Assembly: GCA_965261545.1 (NCBI GenBank)
Contig: CBDHDF010000002.1
Location: forward strand, 384,001-448,000
Source of the DNA: Bdellovibrionales bacterium
Lineage (GTDB): Bacteria > Bdellovibrionota > Bdellovibrionia > Bdellovibrionales > UBA1609
DNA: 64,000 nt
Direction of reading: 5' to 3'
Each line of letters starts with the position of its first letter. Within the stretch, counting starts at the first letter, position 1. The notes under the pieces were generated by a model. That model made no database searches and was not told the DNA's origin. It saw nothing but the letters and a program-made list of their open reading frames with translations. This document shows, piece by piece, positions 1 through 10,047 of the stretch. The position numbers and the translations under genes were made by a program.

Positions 1-28
1 ATGAAGGCGATGAATGAAGGAGGCGTCA

Positions 29-832
29 ATGCCAGATAGTGCTAAGAAAGTAGGTCCTGAAGTTGTGTGGAAGCTTATGGAGAAGGTCGCAAAATCCCAA
101 GAAGAGACAGACCGTCATTTTAAAGAGATGTCCAAGGAGGCTGATCTCCAACGGCAGGAGGCTGATTTCCAACGGAAGGAGAGAGACCATCACTTCAAAA
201 AGATGTCCAAGGAGGCCGATCTCCAAAGGAAGGAGACAGACCGTCATTTCAAAGAGATGTCCAAGGAGGCCGAACTTCAAAGGGAGGAAGCCAAACTTCA
301 AAGGGAGAAGGCCGACCTTGAAAGGAAGGAGACAGATCGTTATTTGAAAGAAATATCCAAAAAGGCAGATATTCGCCATGCTCACTTGGAAAAAAGAACA
401 AGAGAACTCAACGAATTGTTTACGGGACAATGGGGAAAACTGATAGAAAGCCTTGTTAAAGGTGACTTGGTAAGACTTCTCAATGAAAGAAATATCCAAG
501 TGATGGGGCTTGCCCAGGAAAATTTTCGTAGGCGGAATGGAGAAGAATACGAGGTTGATATCATTGCAGTCAATGGGCGGGAGGTTGTTGTTGTGGAAGT
601 AAAAACCACTTTAAAAAATCATCACCTTGACCATTTTATAGAAAAGCTCGGCATGTTTAAAGATATTTTTCCAGAGTACAAAGACAAGATAATTTACGGT
701 GCCATAGCTTATTTGAAGGCCAATGAAGGGGCTCATAACAAGGCTGAAAAAAAAGGTCTTTTTGTAATCCGAGCTACCGGCAATAGTGCCACCATCACCA
801 ATCAAAAAGAATTTTCTCCGAAGGTGTTCTAA
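29..832 (+). CDS. Coiled-coil + PD-(D/E)XK nuclease-fold protein (DUF3782-like), array copy 1 (267 aa)
   Basis: GGAGG RBS before ATG 29; K/E/R-rich repeats then WGKLIESLV...EVDIIAVNGREVVVVEVK (E..D..EVK catalytic-type motif). Confidence 0.8.
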   Translation: MPDSAKKVGPEVVWKLMEKVAKSQEETDRHFKEMSKEADLQRQEADFQRKERDHHFKKMSKEADLQRKETDRHFKEMSKEAELQREEAKLQREKADLERKETDRYLKEISKKADIRHAHLEKRTRELNELFTGQWGKLIESLVKGDLVRLLNERNIQVMGLAQENFRRRNGEEYEVDIIAVNGREVVVVEVKTTLKNHHLDHFIEKLGMFKDIFPEYKDKIIYGAIAYLKANEGAHNKAEKKGLFVIRATGNSATITNQKEFSPKVF

Positions 833-1196
833 GGCAAAAAGGACTTTGATACCTCGTTAAAGAAGCTTATGGAGCCTTTTACAGTGACGAGTCTGTAGAT
901 ACAGCGAGTCTACTGAGCCCTTTGTACAGGAGAGTGCTCAACTTGAAGAGTCATGGGAACGACAAAGACTATAAAAGCCAAAAAAAAAGAAAGAAGAGGC
1001 TGGAGGAGATTCTTAAAAAGCGTCTTGTATTGGCTTTTTTGTAAACCTTGGTGTTTTTGAATGCTTTGTGGGCATAGAAGATGAGGTTAAAATGAAGATA
1101 ATGGACTTATTTTTGCCTGTGCCTTTGTTGTGTGATATTTGTGAAATGAAACCAATGGGTGAAGTCAAGTGAAGCCAATGAATGATGGAGGTATCA

Positions 1197-2225
1197 ATGT
1201 CAGATAGTGCTAAGAAAGTAGGTCCTGAAGTTGTGTGGAAGCTTATGGAGAAGGTAGCAAAATCCCAAGAAGAGACAAGTCTCCAACAGAAGGAGACAGA
1301 CCGTCATTTCAAAGAGATGTCCAAGGAGGCTGATCTCCAAAGGAAGGAGGCCGATCTCCAAAGGAAGGAGACAGACCATCACTTCAAAAAGATGTCCAAG
1401 GAGGCCGATCTCCAAAGGAAGGAGACAGACCATCACTTCAAAAAGATGTCCAAGGAGGCCGATCTCCAAAGGAAGGAGACAGACCATCACTTCAAAAAGA
1501 TGTCCAAGGAGGCCGAACTTCAAAGGGAGAAGGCCGACCTTGAAAGGAAGGAGACAGACCGTTATTTGAAAAAGATGTCCAAGGAGGCCGAACTTCAAAG
1601 GGAGAAGGCCGACCTTGAAAGGAAGGAGACAGACCGTCATTTCAAAGAGATGTCCAAGGAGGCCGAACTTCAAAGGGAGGAAGCCAAACTTCAAAGGGAG
1701 AAGGCCGACCTTGAAAGGAAGGAGACAGATCGTTATTTGAAAGAAATATCCAAAAAGGCAGATATTCGCCATGCTCACTTGGAAAAAAGAACAAGAGAAC
1801 TCAACGAATTGTTTACGGGACAATGGGGAAAACTGATAGAAAGCCTTGTTAAAGGTGACTTGGTAAGACTTCTCAATGAAAGAAATATCCAAGTGATGGG
1901 GCTTGCCCAGGAAAATTTTCGCAGGCGGAATGGAGAAGAATACGAGGTTGATATCATTGCAGTCAATGGGCGGGAGGTTGTTGTTGTGGAAGTAAAAACC
2001 ACTTTAAAAAATCAGCACCTTGACCATTTTATAGAAAAGCTCGGCATGTTTAAAGATATTTTTCCAGAGTACAAAGACAAGATAATTTACGGTGCCATAG
2101 CTTATTTGAAGGCCAATGAAGGGGCTCATAACAAGGCTGAAAAAAAAGGTCTTTTTGTAATCCGAGCTACCGGCAATAGTGCCACCATCACCAATCAAAA
2201 AGAATTTTCTCCGAAGGTGTTCTAA
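1197..2225 (+). CDS. Coiled-coil + PD-(D/E)XK protein, array copy 2 (342 aa)
   Basis: Near-identical paralog; longest coil. Confidence 0.8.
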   Translation: MSDSAKKVGPEVVWKLMEKVAKSQEETSLQQKETDRHFKEMSKEADLQRKEADLQRKETDHHFKKMSKEADLQRKETDHHFKKMSKEADLQRKETDHHFKKMSKEAELQREKADLERKETDRYLKKMSKEAELQREKADLERKETDRHFKEMSKEAELQREEAKLQREKADLERKETDRYLKEISKKADIRHAHLEKRTRELNELFTGQWGKLIESLVKGDLVRLLNERNIQVMGLAQENFRRRNGEEYEVDIIAVNGREVVVVEVKTTLKNQHLDHFIEKLGMFKDIFPEYKDKIIYGAIAYLKANEGAHNKAEKKGLFVIRATGNSATITNQKEFSPKVF

Positions 2226-2589
2226 GGCAAAAAGGACTTTGATACCTCGTTAAAGAAGCTTATGGAGCCTTTTACAGTGACGAGTCTGTAGATACAGCGA
2301 GTCTACTGAGCCCTTTGTACAGGAGAGTGCTCAACTTGAAGAGTCATGGGAACGACAAAGACTATAAAAGCCAAAAAAAAAGAAAGAAGAGGCTGGAGGA
2401 GATTCTTAAAAAGCGTCTTGTATTGGCTTTTTTGTAAACCTTGGTGTTTTTGAATGCTTTGTGGGCATAGAAGATGAGGTTAAAATGAAGATAATGGACT
2501 TATTTTTGCCTGTGCCTTTGTTGTGTGATATTTGTGAAATGAAACCAATGGGTGAAGTCAAGTGAAGCCAATGAATGATGGAGGTATCA

Positions 2590-3551
2590 ATGTCAGATAG
2601 TGCTAAGAAAGTAGGTCCTGAAGTTGTGTGGAAGCTTATGGAGAAGGTCGCAAAATCCCAAGAAGAGACAAGTCTCCAACAGAAGGAGACAGACCGTCAT
2701 TTCAAAGAGATGTCCAAGGAGGCTGATCTCCAAAGGAAGGAGGCCGATCTCCAAAGGAAGGAGACAGACCATCACTTCAAAAAGATGTCCAAGGAGGCCG
2801 ATCTCCAAAGGAAGGAGACAGACCATCACTTCAAAAAGATGTCCAAGGAGGCCGAACTTCAAAGGGAGAAGGCCGACCTTGAAAGGAAGGAGACAGACCG
2901 TTATTTGAAAAAGATGTCCAAGGAGGCCGAACTTCAAAGGGAGAAGGCCGACCTTGAAAGGAAGGAGACAGACCGTCATTTCAAAGAGATGTCCAAGGAG
3001 GCCGAACTTCAAAGGGAGGAAGGGAGAAGGCCGACCTTGAAAGGAAGGAGACAGATCGTTATTTGAAAGAAATATCCAAAAAGGCAGATATTCGCCATGC
3101 TCACTTGGAAAAAAGAACGAGAGAACTCAACGAATTGTTTACGGGACAATGGGGAAAACTGATAGAAAGCCTTGTTAAAGGTGACTTGGTAAGGCTTCTC
3201 AATGAAAGAAATATCCAAGTGATGGGGCTTGCCCAGGAAAATTTTCGCAGGCGGAATGGAGAAGAATACGAGGTTGATATCATTGCAGTCAATGGGCGGG
3301 AGGTTGTTGTTGTGGAAGTAAAAACCACTTTAAAAAATCAGCACCTTGACCATTTTATAGAAAAGCTCGGCATGTTTAAAGATATTTTTCCAGAGTACAA
3401 AGACAAGATAATTTACGGTGCCATAGCTTATTTGAAGGCCAATGAAGGGGCTCATAACAAGGCTGAAAAAAAAGGTCTTTTTGTAATCCGAGCTACCGGC
3501 AATAGTGCCACCATCACCAATCAAAAAGAATTTTCTCCGAAGGTGTTCTAA
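2590..3551 (+). pseudogene. Array copy 3, frameshifted by a 13-bp deletion near 3020 (324 aa if restored)
   Basis: caaagggaggaagggagaagg versus caaagggaggaagccaaacttcaaagggagaagg in other copies; ORFs 2575-3066 and 3063-3551. Confidence 0.8.
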
Positions 3552-3899
3552 GGCAAAAAGGACTTTGATGCCTCGTTAAAGAAGCTTATGGAGCCTTTTA
3601 GTGACGAGTCTGTAGATACAGCGAGTCTACTGAGCCCTTTGTACAGGAGAGTGCTCAACTTGAAGAGTCATGGGAACGACAAAGACTATAAAAGCCAAAA
3701 AAAAAGAAAGAAGAGGCTGGAGGAGATTCTTAAAAAGCGTCTTGTATTGGCTTTTTTGTAAACCTTGGTGTTTTTGAATGCTTTGTGGGCATAGAAGATG
3801 AGGTTAAAATGAAGATAATGGACTTATTTTTGCCTGTGCCTTTGTTGTGTGATATTTGTGAAATGAAACCAATGGGTGAAGCCAATGAATGAGGCGTCA

Positions 3900-4820
3900 A
3901 TGTCAGATAGTGCTAAGAAAGTAGGTCCTGAAGTTGTGTGGAAGCTTATGGAGAAGGTCGCAAAATCCCAAGAAGAGACAAGTCTCCAACAGAAGGAGAC
4001 AGACCGTCATTTCAAAGAGATGTCCAAGGAGGCTGATCTCCAAAGGAAGGAGGCCGATCTCCAAAGGAAGGAGACAGACCATCACTTCAAAAAGATGTCC
4101 AAGGAGGCCGAACTTCAAAGGGAGAAGGCCGACCTTGAAAGGAAGGAGACAGACCGTTATTTGAAAAAGATGTCCAAGGAGGCCGAACTTCAAAGGGAGA
4201 AGGCCGACCTTGAAAGGAAGGAGACAGACCGTCATTTCAAAGAGATGTCCAAGGAGGCCGAACTTCAAAGGGAGGAAGCCAAACTTCAAAGGGAGAAGGC
4301 CGACCTTGAAAGGAAGGAGACAGATCGTTATTTGAAAGAAATATCCAAAAAGGCAGATATTCGCCATGCTCACTTGGAAAAAAGAACGAGAGAACTCAAC
4401 GAATTGTTTACGGGACAATGGGGAAAACTGATAGAAAGCCTTGTTAAAGGTGACTTGGTAAGGCTTCTCAATGAAAGAAATATCCAAGTGATGGGGCTTG
4501 CCCAGGAAAATTTTCGCAGGCGGAATGGAGAAGAATACGAGGTTGATATCATTGCAGTCAATGGGCGGGAGGTTGTTGTTGTGGAAGTAAAAACCACTTT
4601 AAAAAATCAGCACCTTGACCATTTTATAGAAAAGCTCGGCATGTTTAAAGATATTTTTCCAGAGTACAAAGACAAGATAATTTACGGTGCCATAGCTTAT
4701 TTGAAGGCCAATGAAGGGGCTCATAACAAGGCTGAAAAAAAAGGTCTTTTTGTAATCCGAGCTACCGGCAATAGTGCCACCATCACCAATCAAAAAGAAT
4801 TTTCTCCGAAGGTGTTCTAA
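3900..4820 (+). CDS. Coiled-coil + PD-(D/E)XK protein, array copy 4 (306 aa)
   Basis: Near-identical paralog. Confidence 0.8.
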   Translation: MSDSAKKVGPEVVWKLMEKVAKSQEETSLQQKETDRHFKEMSKEADLQRKEADLQRKETDHHFKKMSKEAELQREKADLERKETDRYLKKMSKEAELQREKADLERKETDRHFKEMSKEAELQREEAKLQREKADLERKETDRYLKEISKKADIRHAHLEKRTRELNELFTGQWGKLIESLVKGDLVRLLNERNIQVMGLAQENFRRRNGEEYEVDIIAVNGREVVVVEVKTTLKNQHLDHFIEKLGMFKDIFPEYKDKIIYGAIAYLKANEGAHNKAEKKGLFVIRATGNSATITNQKEFSPKVF

Positions 4821-5159
4821 GGCAAAAAGGACTTTGATGCCTCGTTAAAGAAGCTTATGGAGCCTTTTAGTGACGAGTCTGTAGATACAGCGAGTCTACT
4901 GAGCCCTTTGTACAGGAGAGTGCTCAACTTGAAGAGTCATGGGAACGACAAAGACTATAAAAGCCAAAAAAAAAGAAAGAAGAGGCTGGAGGAGATTCTT
5001 AAAAAGCGTCTTGTATTGGCTTTTTTGTAAATCTTGGTGTTTTTGAATGCTTTGTGGGCATAGAAGATGAGGTTAAAATGAAGATAATGGACTTATTTTT
5101 GCATGTGCCTTTGTTGTGTGATATTTGTGAAATGAAACCAATGGGTGATGGAGGCGTCA

Positions 5160-6005
5160 ATGTCAGATAGTGCTAAGAAAGTAGGTCCTGAAGTTGTGTG
5201 GAAGCTTATGGAGAAGGTCGCAAAATCCCAAGAAGAGACAAGTCTCCAACAGAAGGAGACAGACCGTCATTTCAAAGAGATGTCCAAGGAGGCTGATCTC
5301 CAAAGGAAGGAGGCCGATCTCCAAAGGAAGGAGACAGACCATCACTTCAAAAAGATGTCCAAGGAGGCCGAACTTCAAAGGGAGAAGGCCGACCTTGAAA
5401 GGAAGGAGACAGACCGTTATTTGAAAAAGATGTCCAAGGAGGCCGAACTTCAAAGGGAGGAAGCCAAACTTCAAAGGGAGAAGGCCGACCTTGAAAGGAA
5501 GGAGACAGATCGTTATTTGAAAGAAATATCCAAAAAGGCAGATATTCGCCATGCTCACTTGGAAAAAAGAACGAAAGAGCTCAACGAATTATTTACGGGG
5601 CAATGGGGAAAACTGATAGAAAGCCTTGTTAAAGGTGACTTGGTAAGGCTTCTCAATGAAAGAAATATCCAAGTGATGGGGCTTGCCCAGGAAAATTTTC
5701 GCAGGCGGAATGGAGAAGAATACGAGGTTGATATCATTGCAGTCAATGGGCGGGAGGTTGTTGTTGTGGAAGTAAAAACCACTTTAAAAAATCATCACCT
5801 TGACCATTTTATAGAAAAGCTCGGCATGTTTAAAGATATTTTTCCAGAGTACAAAGACAAGATAATTTACGGTGCCATAGCTTATTTGAAGGCCAATGAA
5901 GGGGCTCATAACAAGGCTGAAAAAAAAGGTCTTTTTGTAATCCGAGCTACCGGCAATAGTGCCACCATCACCAATCAAAAAGAATTTTCTCCGAAGGTGT
6001 TCTAA
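5160..6005 (+). CDS. Coiled-coil + PD-(D/E)XK protein, array copy 5 (281 aa)
   Basis: Near-identical paralog. Confidence 0.8.
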   Translation: MSDSAKKVGPEVVWKLMEKVAKSQEETSLQQKETDRHFKEMSKEADLQRKEADLQRKETDHHFKKMSKEAELQREKADLERKETDRYLKKMSKEAELQREEAKLQREKADLERKETDRYLKEISKKADIRHAHLEKRTKELNELFTGQWGKLIESLVKGDLVRLLNERNIQVMGLAQENFRRRNGEEYEVDIIAVNGREVVVVEVKTTLKNHHLDHFIEKLGMFKDIFPEYKDKIIYGAIAYLKANEGAHNKAEKKGLFVIRATGNSATITNQKEFSPKVF

Positions 6006-6147
6006 GGCAAAAAGGACTTTGATACCTCGTTAAAGAAGCTTATGGAGCCTTTTAGTGACGAGTCTGTAGATACAGCGAGTCTACTGAGCCCTTTGTACAG
6101 GAGAGTGCTCAACTTGAAGAGTCATGGGAACGACAAAGACTATAAAA

Positions 6148-6223
6148 CCTGAATTCTACAAAAATGGTAACAAGGATTCTGGCCTAAGGTCCTGACATTG
6201 TGAAGCGACGGCTGGGATTAATA
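6148..6223 (-). mobile_element. Right-end remnant of IS1634-family element A
   Basis: Reverse complement of ~19389-19464 including the IR cctgaattctacaaaaatggtaacaagg. Confidence 0.9.
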
Positions 6224-7070
6224 GAGCCTGTAAACTATTTTGTGTAACTGCCGAATCATATTAGGATGAACTATCATCCTGAAAGGAGAAGGCAGAATGG
6301 ATATCAAGACAATGTGTGCCACGAAGTCACGGAGGTGACATGCTGATGTGAAGATGGAGGTAGGTCCTCCGCACTCGGATTTCAGGATTTGAGTGCAAAC
6401 AACCTTGCTGCTGCATGGGAGGCAAGGCCCTTGTAGTGAGCGAGCAAGGAAAAGGCCGTAGTAAACGGTCATGTAAGTACTAGGGAGATGAGCGAAAGCA
6501 AACCCACCGACGACGCATCGAAAGATTAACAGTCGCGTCAAAACCGAAGGAAGGTTGTCTCCGTCGGGATAAGTCTAGAGGAAGCCTGATGACCGATCTA
6601 GACGGCGTGCGGTGTATAGGGGGCATGAACCTAGTACAGGCTTCGTATCGGAACGTGGGAACCTGCTGGTGGATGATAAGGGAAACGCTATAAGGGAGAC
6701 CCCCGAAGTGCTAAATACCGATGCCACCAACCAGGGGCAGAGTGATTCGTAGTAGTGATGAAGTTCTTGTAATGAGAATGGAGCGAAGGGGTCACATGAT
6801 TTATGGAAGTAGTCAGGCCAACTTGGTTATGCTGAGGAGGAGCCTAATGAAACGGAAAATCATAGGAGCCGTGTGAGGGGAGACTTTCAAGCACGGTTCT
6901 GTGAGGGGCAGTGGGGGAAGTTCCCACTGCCTACTCGATAGGCAAGGAACTAGCGAAGAACGTCAAGACCCAAAAGGATTTATCCGACATAACGGGTCAA
7001 CTGATGAAGGTTGTTTTAGAGACGGCCCTTAATGCGGAAATGGACGATCACCTAGGTTATGAGAGGCATG
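6224..7070 (+). mobile_element. IS256-family element, 5' part (intron-containing), truncated by IS21-A
   Basis: Same start as the complete copy at 20956 (gagcctgtaaactattttgtgtaactgc); transposase ATG 6297. Confidence 0.9.
6314..6939 (+). ncRNA. ORF-less group II intron (626 nt, IIB / bacterial class D-like), copy 1
   Basis: 5' GTGTG; domain V gagccgtgtgaggggagactttcaagcacggttc; domain VI with bulged A ending ctcgAT; EBS1 GTTGTC (6554-6559) pairs with exon GACAAT; removal restores the IS256 transposase frame. Confidence 0.92.
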
Positions 7071-8820
7071 TGTTAGCTGACAATTAAAATGCCCCACCGT
7101 CGCCAATGAAAAGTGGCCACTTTTCAGAGGAGGACCTATGGTGATTTTTGGCATTGTCAACCGAGACGCATATAATCAATTGATATTACTCATAAAAAGG
7201 CTCCGAGCTGATAAGAACTCCTTTTGGGTTCTTGTCGACCTGGAAAGGGGCTCCGTGTTGGAGAGTCCTTCCATGACAGCCTATTCAGGTTCCATATTTG
7301 TCATTTGTAGACTGTTTCTGGATTTCAATGAGGTTAAATATATAGTCAAGAAAAGCCTGTTTAGGCTGTGCCCATTTTCTAAAGTATTTAAATTCCACAA
7401 GATTCCAACATTTGCCTCAATTTTCATGGAATTTCTTTCTGAAGACAGGCTTCCCTTAAAGCCGTCGCCAATTAAAATGTCCCACTTTCAATATGGAGGT
7501 TGTCGCCAATGAAAAGTGACCAATCTTCAGGGAGTGTTCAAATACTAGACAATGAAGTCTCTTCTTCTGATATAGATACTAAGCTCACAGAGTCCCTCCC
7601 TTTTGCAACTCAAAAGGTTAGCAATGAGGAGGATCTTATGATTAGTCAATACACTTTCGGCCGCATTCGTGACCTGAGTCACAGTGGTAAAAATAAGACA
7701 GAAATATCTCGTGAATTAGGGATCAATCGTAAGACGGTGCGCAAGTACTGTGAGTCCAACACCCCACCGAAGTACAAGGCGAGGTCCAAAAGAACTCGCC
7801 CAGATCCCCTTAATGGATATATGGATCGGGTGAAGTACTTTTTGAAGTTGAACCCAAGTAACACCGCCCGTGAAATATATGAGCTATTAGTTGAGGAGGG
7901 TTATCGTGGGAGTGAGAGAACGGTTCAGAGAAGAGTTTGTGAGATTCTTGGTTCTCGCCCCAAGGAGCGTTTTTTCAGCCAAAGATATGATCCTGGAGAA
8001 CAGGCTCAGTTTGATTTTAAGGAGAAGGTTGCTTTACCATTTGCCGATGGTGTTCAGATCGTTCATCTCCATTTTGGAACATTGCCTTGTAGTGGCACCT
8101 GTTGGGTTCGTGCCTACCCCTTTCTTGTCTATGAGTGTTTCATCGATGGGGTGCATGCTTTTTTGAAAAGATAGGTGGGATGAGTGCGAACATCCGTATT
8201 GATAATTTATCTCCCTGTGTGAAGAAAGTTCTTAAAGGAAATCAGCGAATTTACACCCAATCTTTTGATCGAGCCATCCAATACTATGGATTTAAGGTTC
8301 TTCCCTGCCGCGCAGGGAAGGGCTCTGACAAGGGAGATGTGGAGCGTGATATTCGAACCTTCAGTTCTCGGATAAAAAATATTGTTAGAAACAAAGGAAT
8401 TGTTTTTAAAGACTGGGATCATTTGAATCAGTTTTTAGAGTCTTATATGGATCAGCATCAGAGTGACTCCACCAAATCTCGCTTTGAGGAGGAGGCCAAA
8501 GTTCTTAAGCCTTTGCCTCCACGAGATGAAGATATTCTCTGTAAGGTGAATATTTGTCAAAGTAATGGTTATGGGACTTTGAGAATAGGTAAAACCACAT
8601 ATTCCATACCTGATGAGGTGATCCAATCTCCCTGTAAAACCGTACAGGGTCCCTATCATGTCACGATCTATCGTGCAGGAGGGAAGCAAGAAATTGTCGC
8701 TCGCCATCAAAGAAAACCTGATGGGGAGCATAGTTGCTGAATTTCACGAGTTTGACCCACTGAATTTCACGAAGTTTGACCCACCCCTCAGTCAGTCAAT
8801 TTGAGGTCCAATTTTGAATT

Positions 8821-9228
8821 TCACGGTGGCTCAAACTTTGTCAATTTAAACCTTCTTTTTTCTGCTGACTCAGTAACTTTTACACCCTCAATGTCACGAT
8901 GTCCCAACGGTGGGTTAAGGCTTATTTGCCAGAATGTTAGATGCCAACTAAAATTGGCCACTTTGTCATTGAGAATCTCGACCCTCCCCATTTCTGAGGT
9001 TTCAATGGAGGGTTTTTCAATGGGGATGTTGAATCCATTGCTCAAAATGGCAGAGAATAGCGAGCCAGTTATCCACAAATTTATCCATGGTGACGCTGCG
9101 TCTGTGACCCCGATGTCTATCAACGCAGCGCTGCCGTGGGTAAATTTTGTGGATAACTGGCGGGTACATGATTCAATAGTTCCGATGGAGTGTCTCCCGA
9201 TGGTGTCTTCCAAGGTCTGCCTTTGCAT
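8821..9228 (-). CDS. Possible passenger ORF downstream of istB (135 aa), hypothetical
   Basis: AAGGAG RBS directly after the istB stop, but overlaps a long palindrome. Confidence 0.3.
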   Translation of the reverse strand: MQRQTLEDTIGRHSIGTIESCTRQLSTKFTHGSAALIDIGVTDAASPWINLWITGSLFSAILSNGFNIPIEKPSIETSEMGRVEILNDKVANFSWHLTFWQISLNPPLGHRDIEGVKVTESAEKRRFKLTKFEPP

Positions 9229-9237
9229 GGATTCTCC

Positions 9238-9966
9238 TTAAATCGTCTTTCTCTGCCTAAATGAGCTTCCAGACATGGCTATTTTGATAGCTTGAGAGGT
9301 TATGCGATCCATAATAGCTTCACAAACGATGGGATCCTCAATGACTTCACTCCAATTTTTTATTGGAAGTTGGGTTGTAAGAATGAGGCTCAGGTCAGGG
9401 CCTCGTTCATCAATCACATCGTAAAGGTCTTGATATTGGTTAGAGGTAAGGGGCTTGATACCAAAATCATCCAACACAAGTATCGAGACTGATTTTAGCC
9501 TTTTAAGGAAGTTTAGATATGTCCCCTGGGCTCTTTCTAAGTTGAATTTTTCAACAAGAGTATTCATTCTGAAGAACTGAGTGGAAAAACCTTGGCGACA
9601 GGCGTGATTACCTATGGCACAAGCCAAATATGACTTTCCAACACCCGTTGGGCCAGAGATAATTATATTTTGACCTCTTTGAGCAAATCTCATAAGGGCT
9701 AGATCACTCAAAACTCTTCGATCGACTCCTCGGTTGGATTTGGTTTCAAAGGCCTCAAGGCTTGCTTTTTGCTGCAAAGCTGCTCTTTTGATAAGTCTTG
9801 AGACCTTCTGATTTTCACGATGGATTTTTTCGTCCTCAAAGATGACATTTAGAAAGTCCTCGTAACCAAGATCCTGCTCCTCAGCTTCTTTGAGCCTCTG
9901 GCTCAAGGTTGCTAAAACTCCCCTCATTTTTAATATCTCTAATAAATTTTCTGTTTGTTTAATCAT
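9238..9966 (-). CDS. istB: IS21 helper ATPase IstB
   Basis: GPTGVGKS Walker A, LVLDDFG, TTQLP, AIMDR. Confidence 0.93.
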   Translation of the reverse strand: MIKQTENLLEILKMRGVLATLSQRLKEAEEQDLGYEDFLNVIFEDEKIHRENQKVSRLIKRAALQQKASLEAFETKSNRGVDRRVLSDLALMRFAQRGQNIIISGPTGVGKSYLACAIGNHACRQGFSTQFFRMNTLVEKFNLERAQGTYLNFLKRLKSVSILVLDDFGIKPLTSNQYQDLYDVIDERGPDLSLILTTQLPIKNWSEVIEDPIVCEAIMDRITSQAIKIAMSGSSFRQRKTI

Positions 9967-10047
9967 TTTCTTCTCCTATACGACCTCTCTTATGGAGGTC
10001 AAAATGACCCGTTAGGTGGTTGAGAACCACCCACCGGGGCTATGTGA

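Larger units (their letters stand above)
1..6147 (+). repeat. Tandem gene array, forward arm (5 units of ~1.2-1.4 kb, gene plus ~340-365 bp spacer)
   Basis: Direct repetition of gene and spacer; may extend left of the window. Confidence 0.95.

Noticed and set aside
6218..6541. 107-aa minus-strand ORF (also 20947-21273 and 21663-21899)
   Set aside because: Antisense to intron domain I; repeated only because the intron is.
7138..7512. 124-aa ORF in the IS21-A leader
   Set aside because: No recognisable motif and overlaps terminal repeat motifs; cannot be supported, though not excluded.
8155..8175. Programmed frameshift in IS21-A istA
   Set aside because: One T missing from a T run; better explained by mutation or homopolymer sequencing error.
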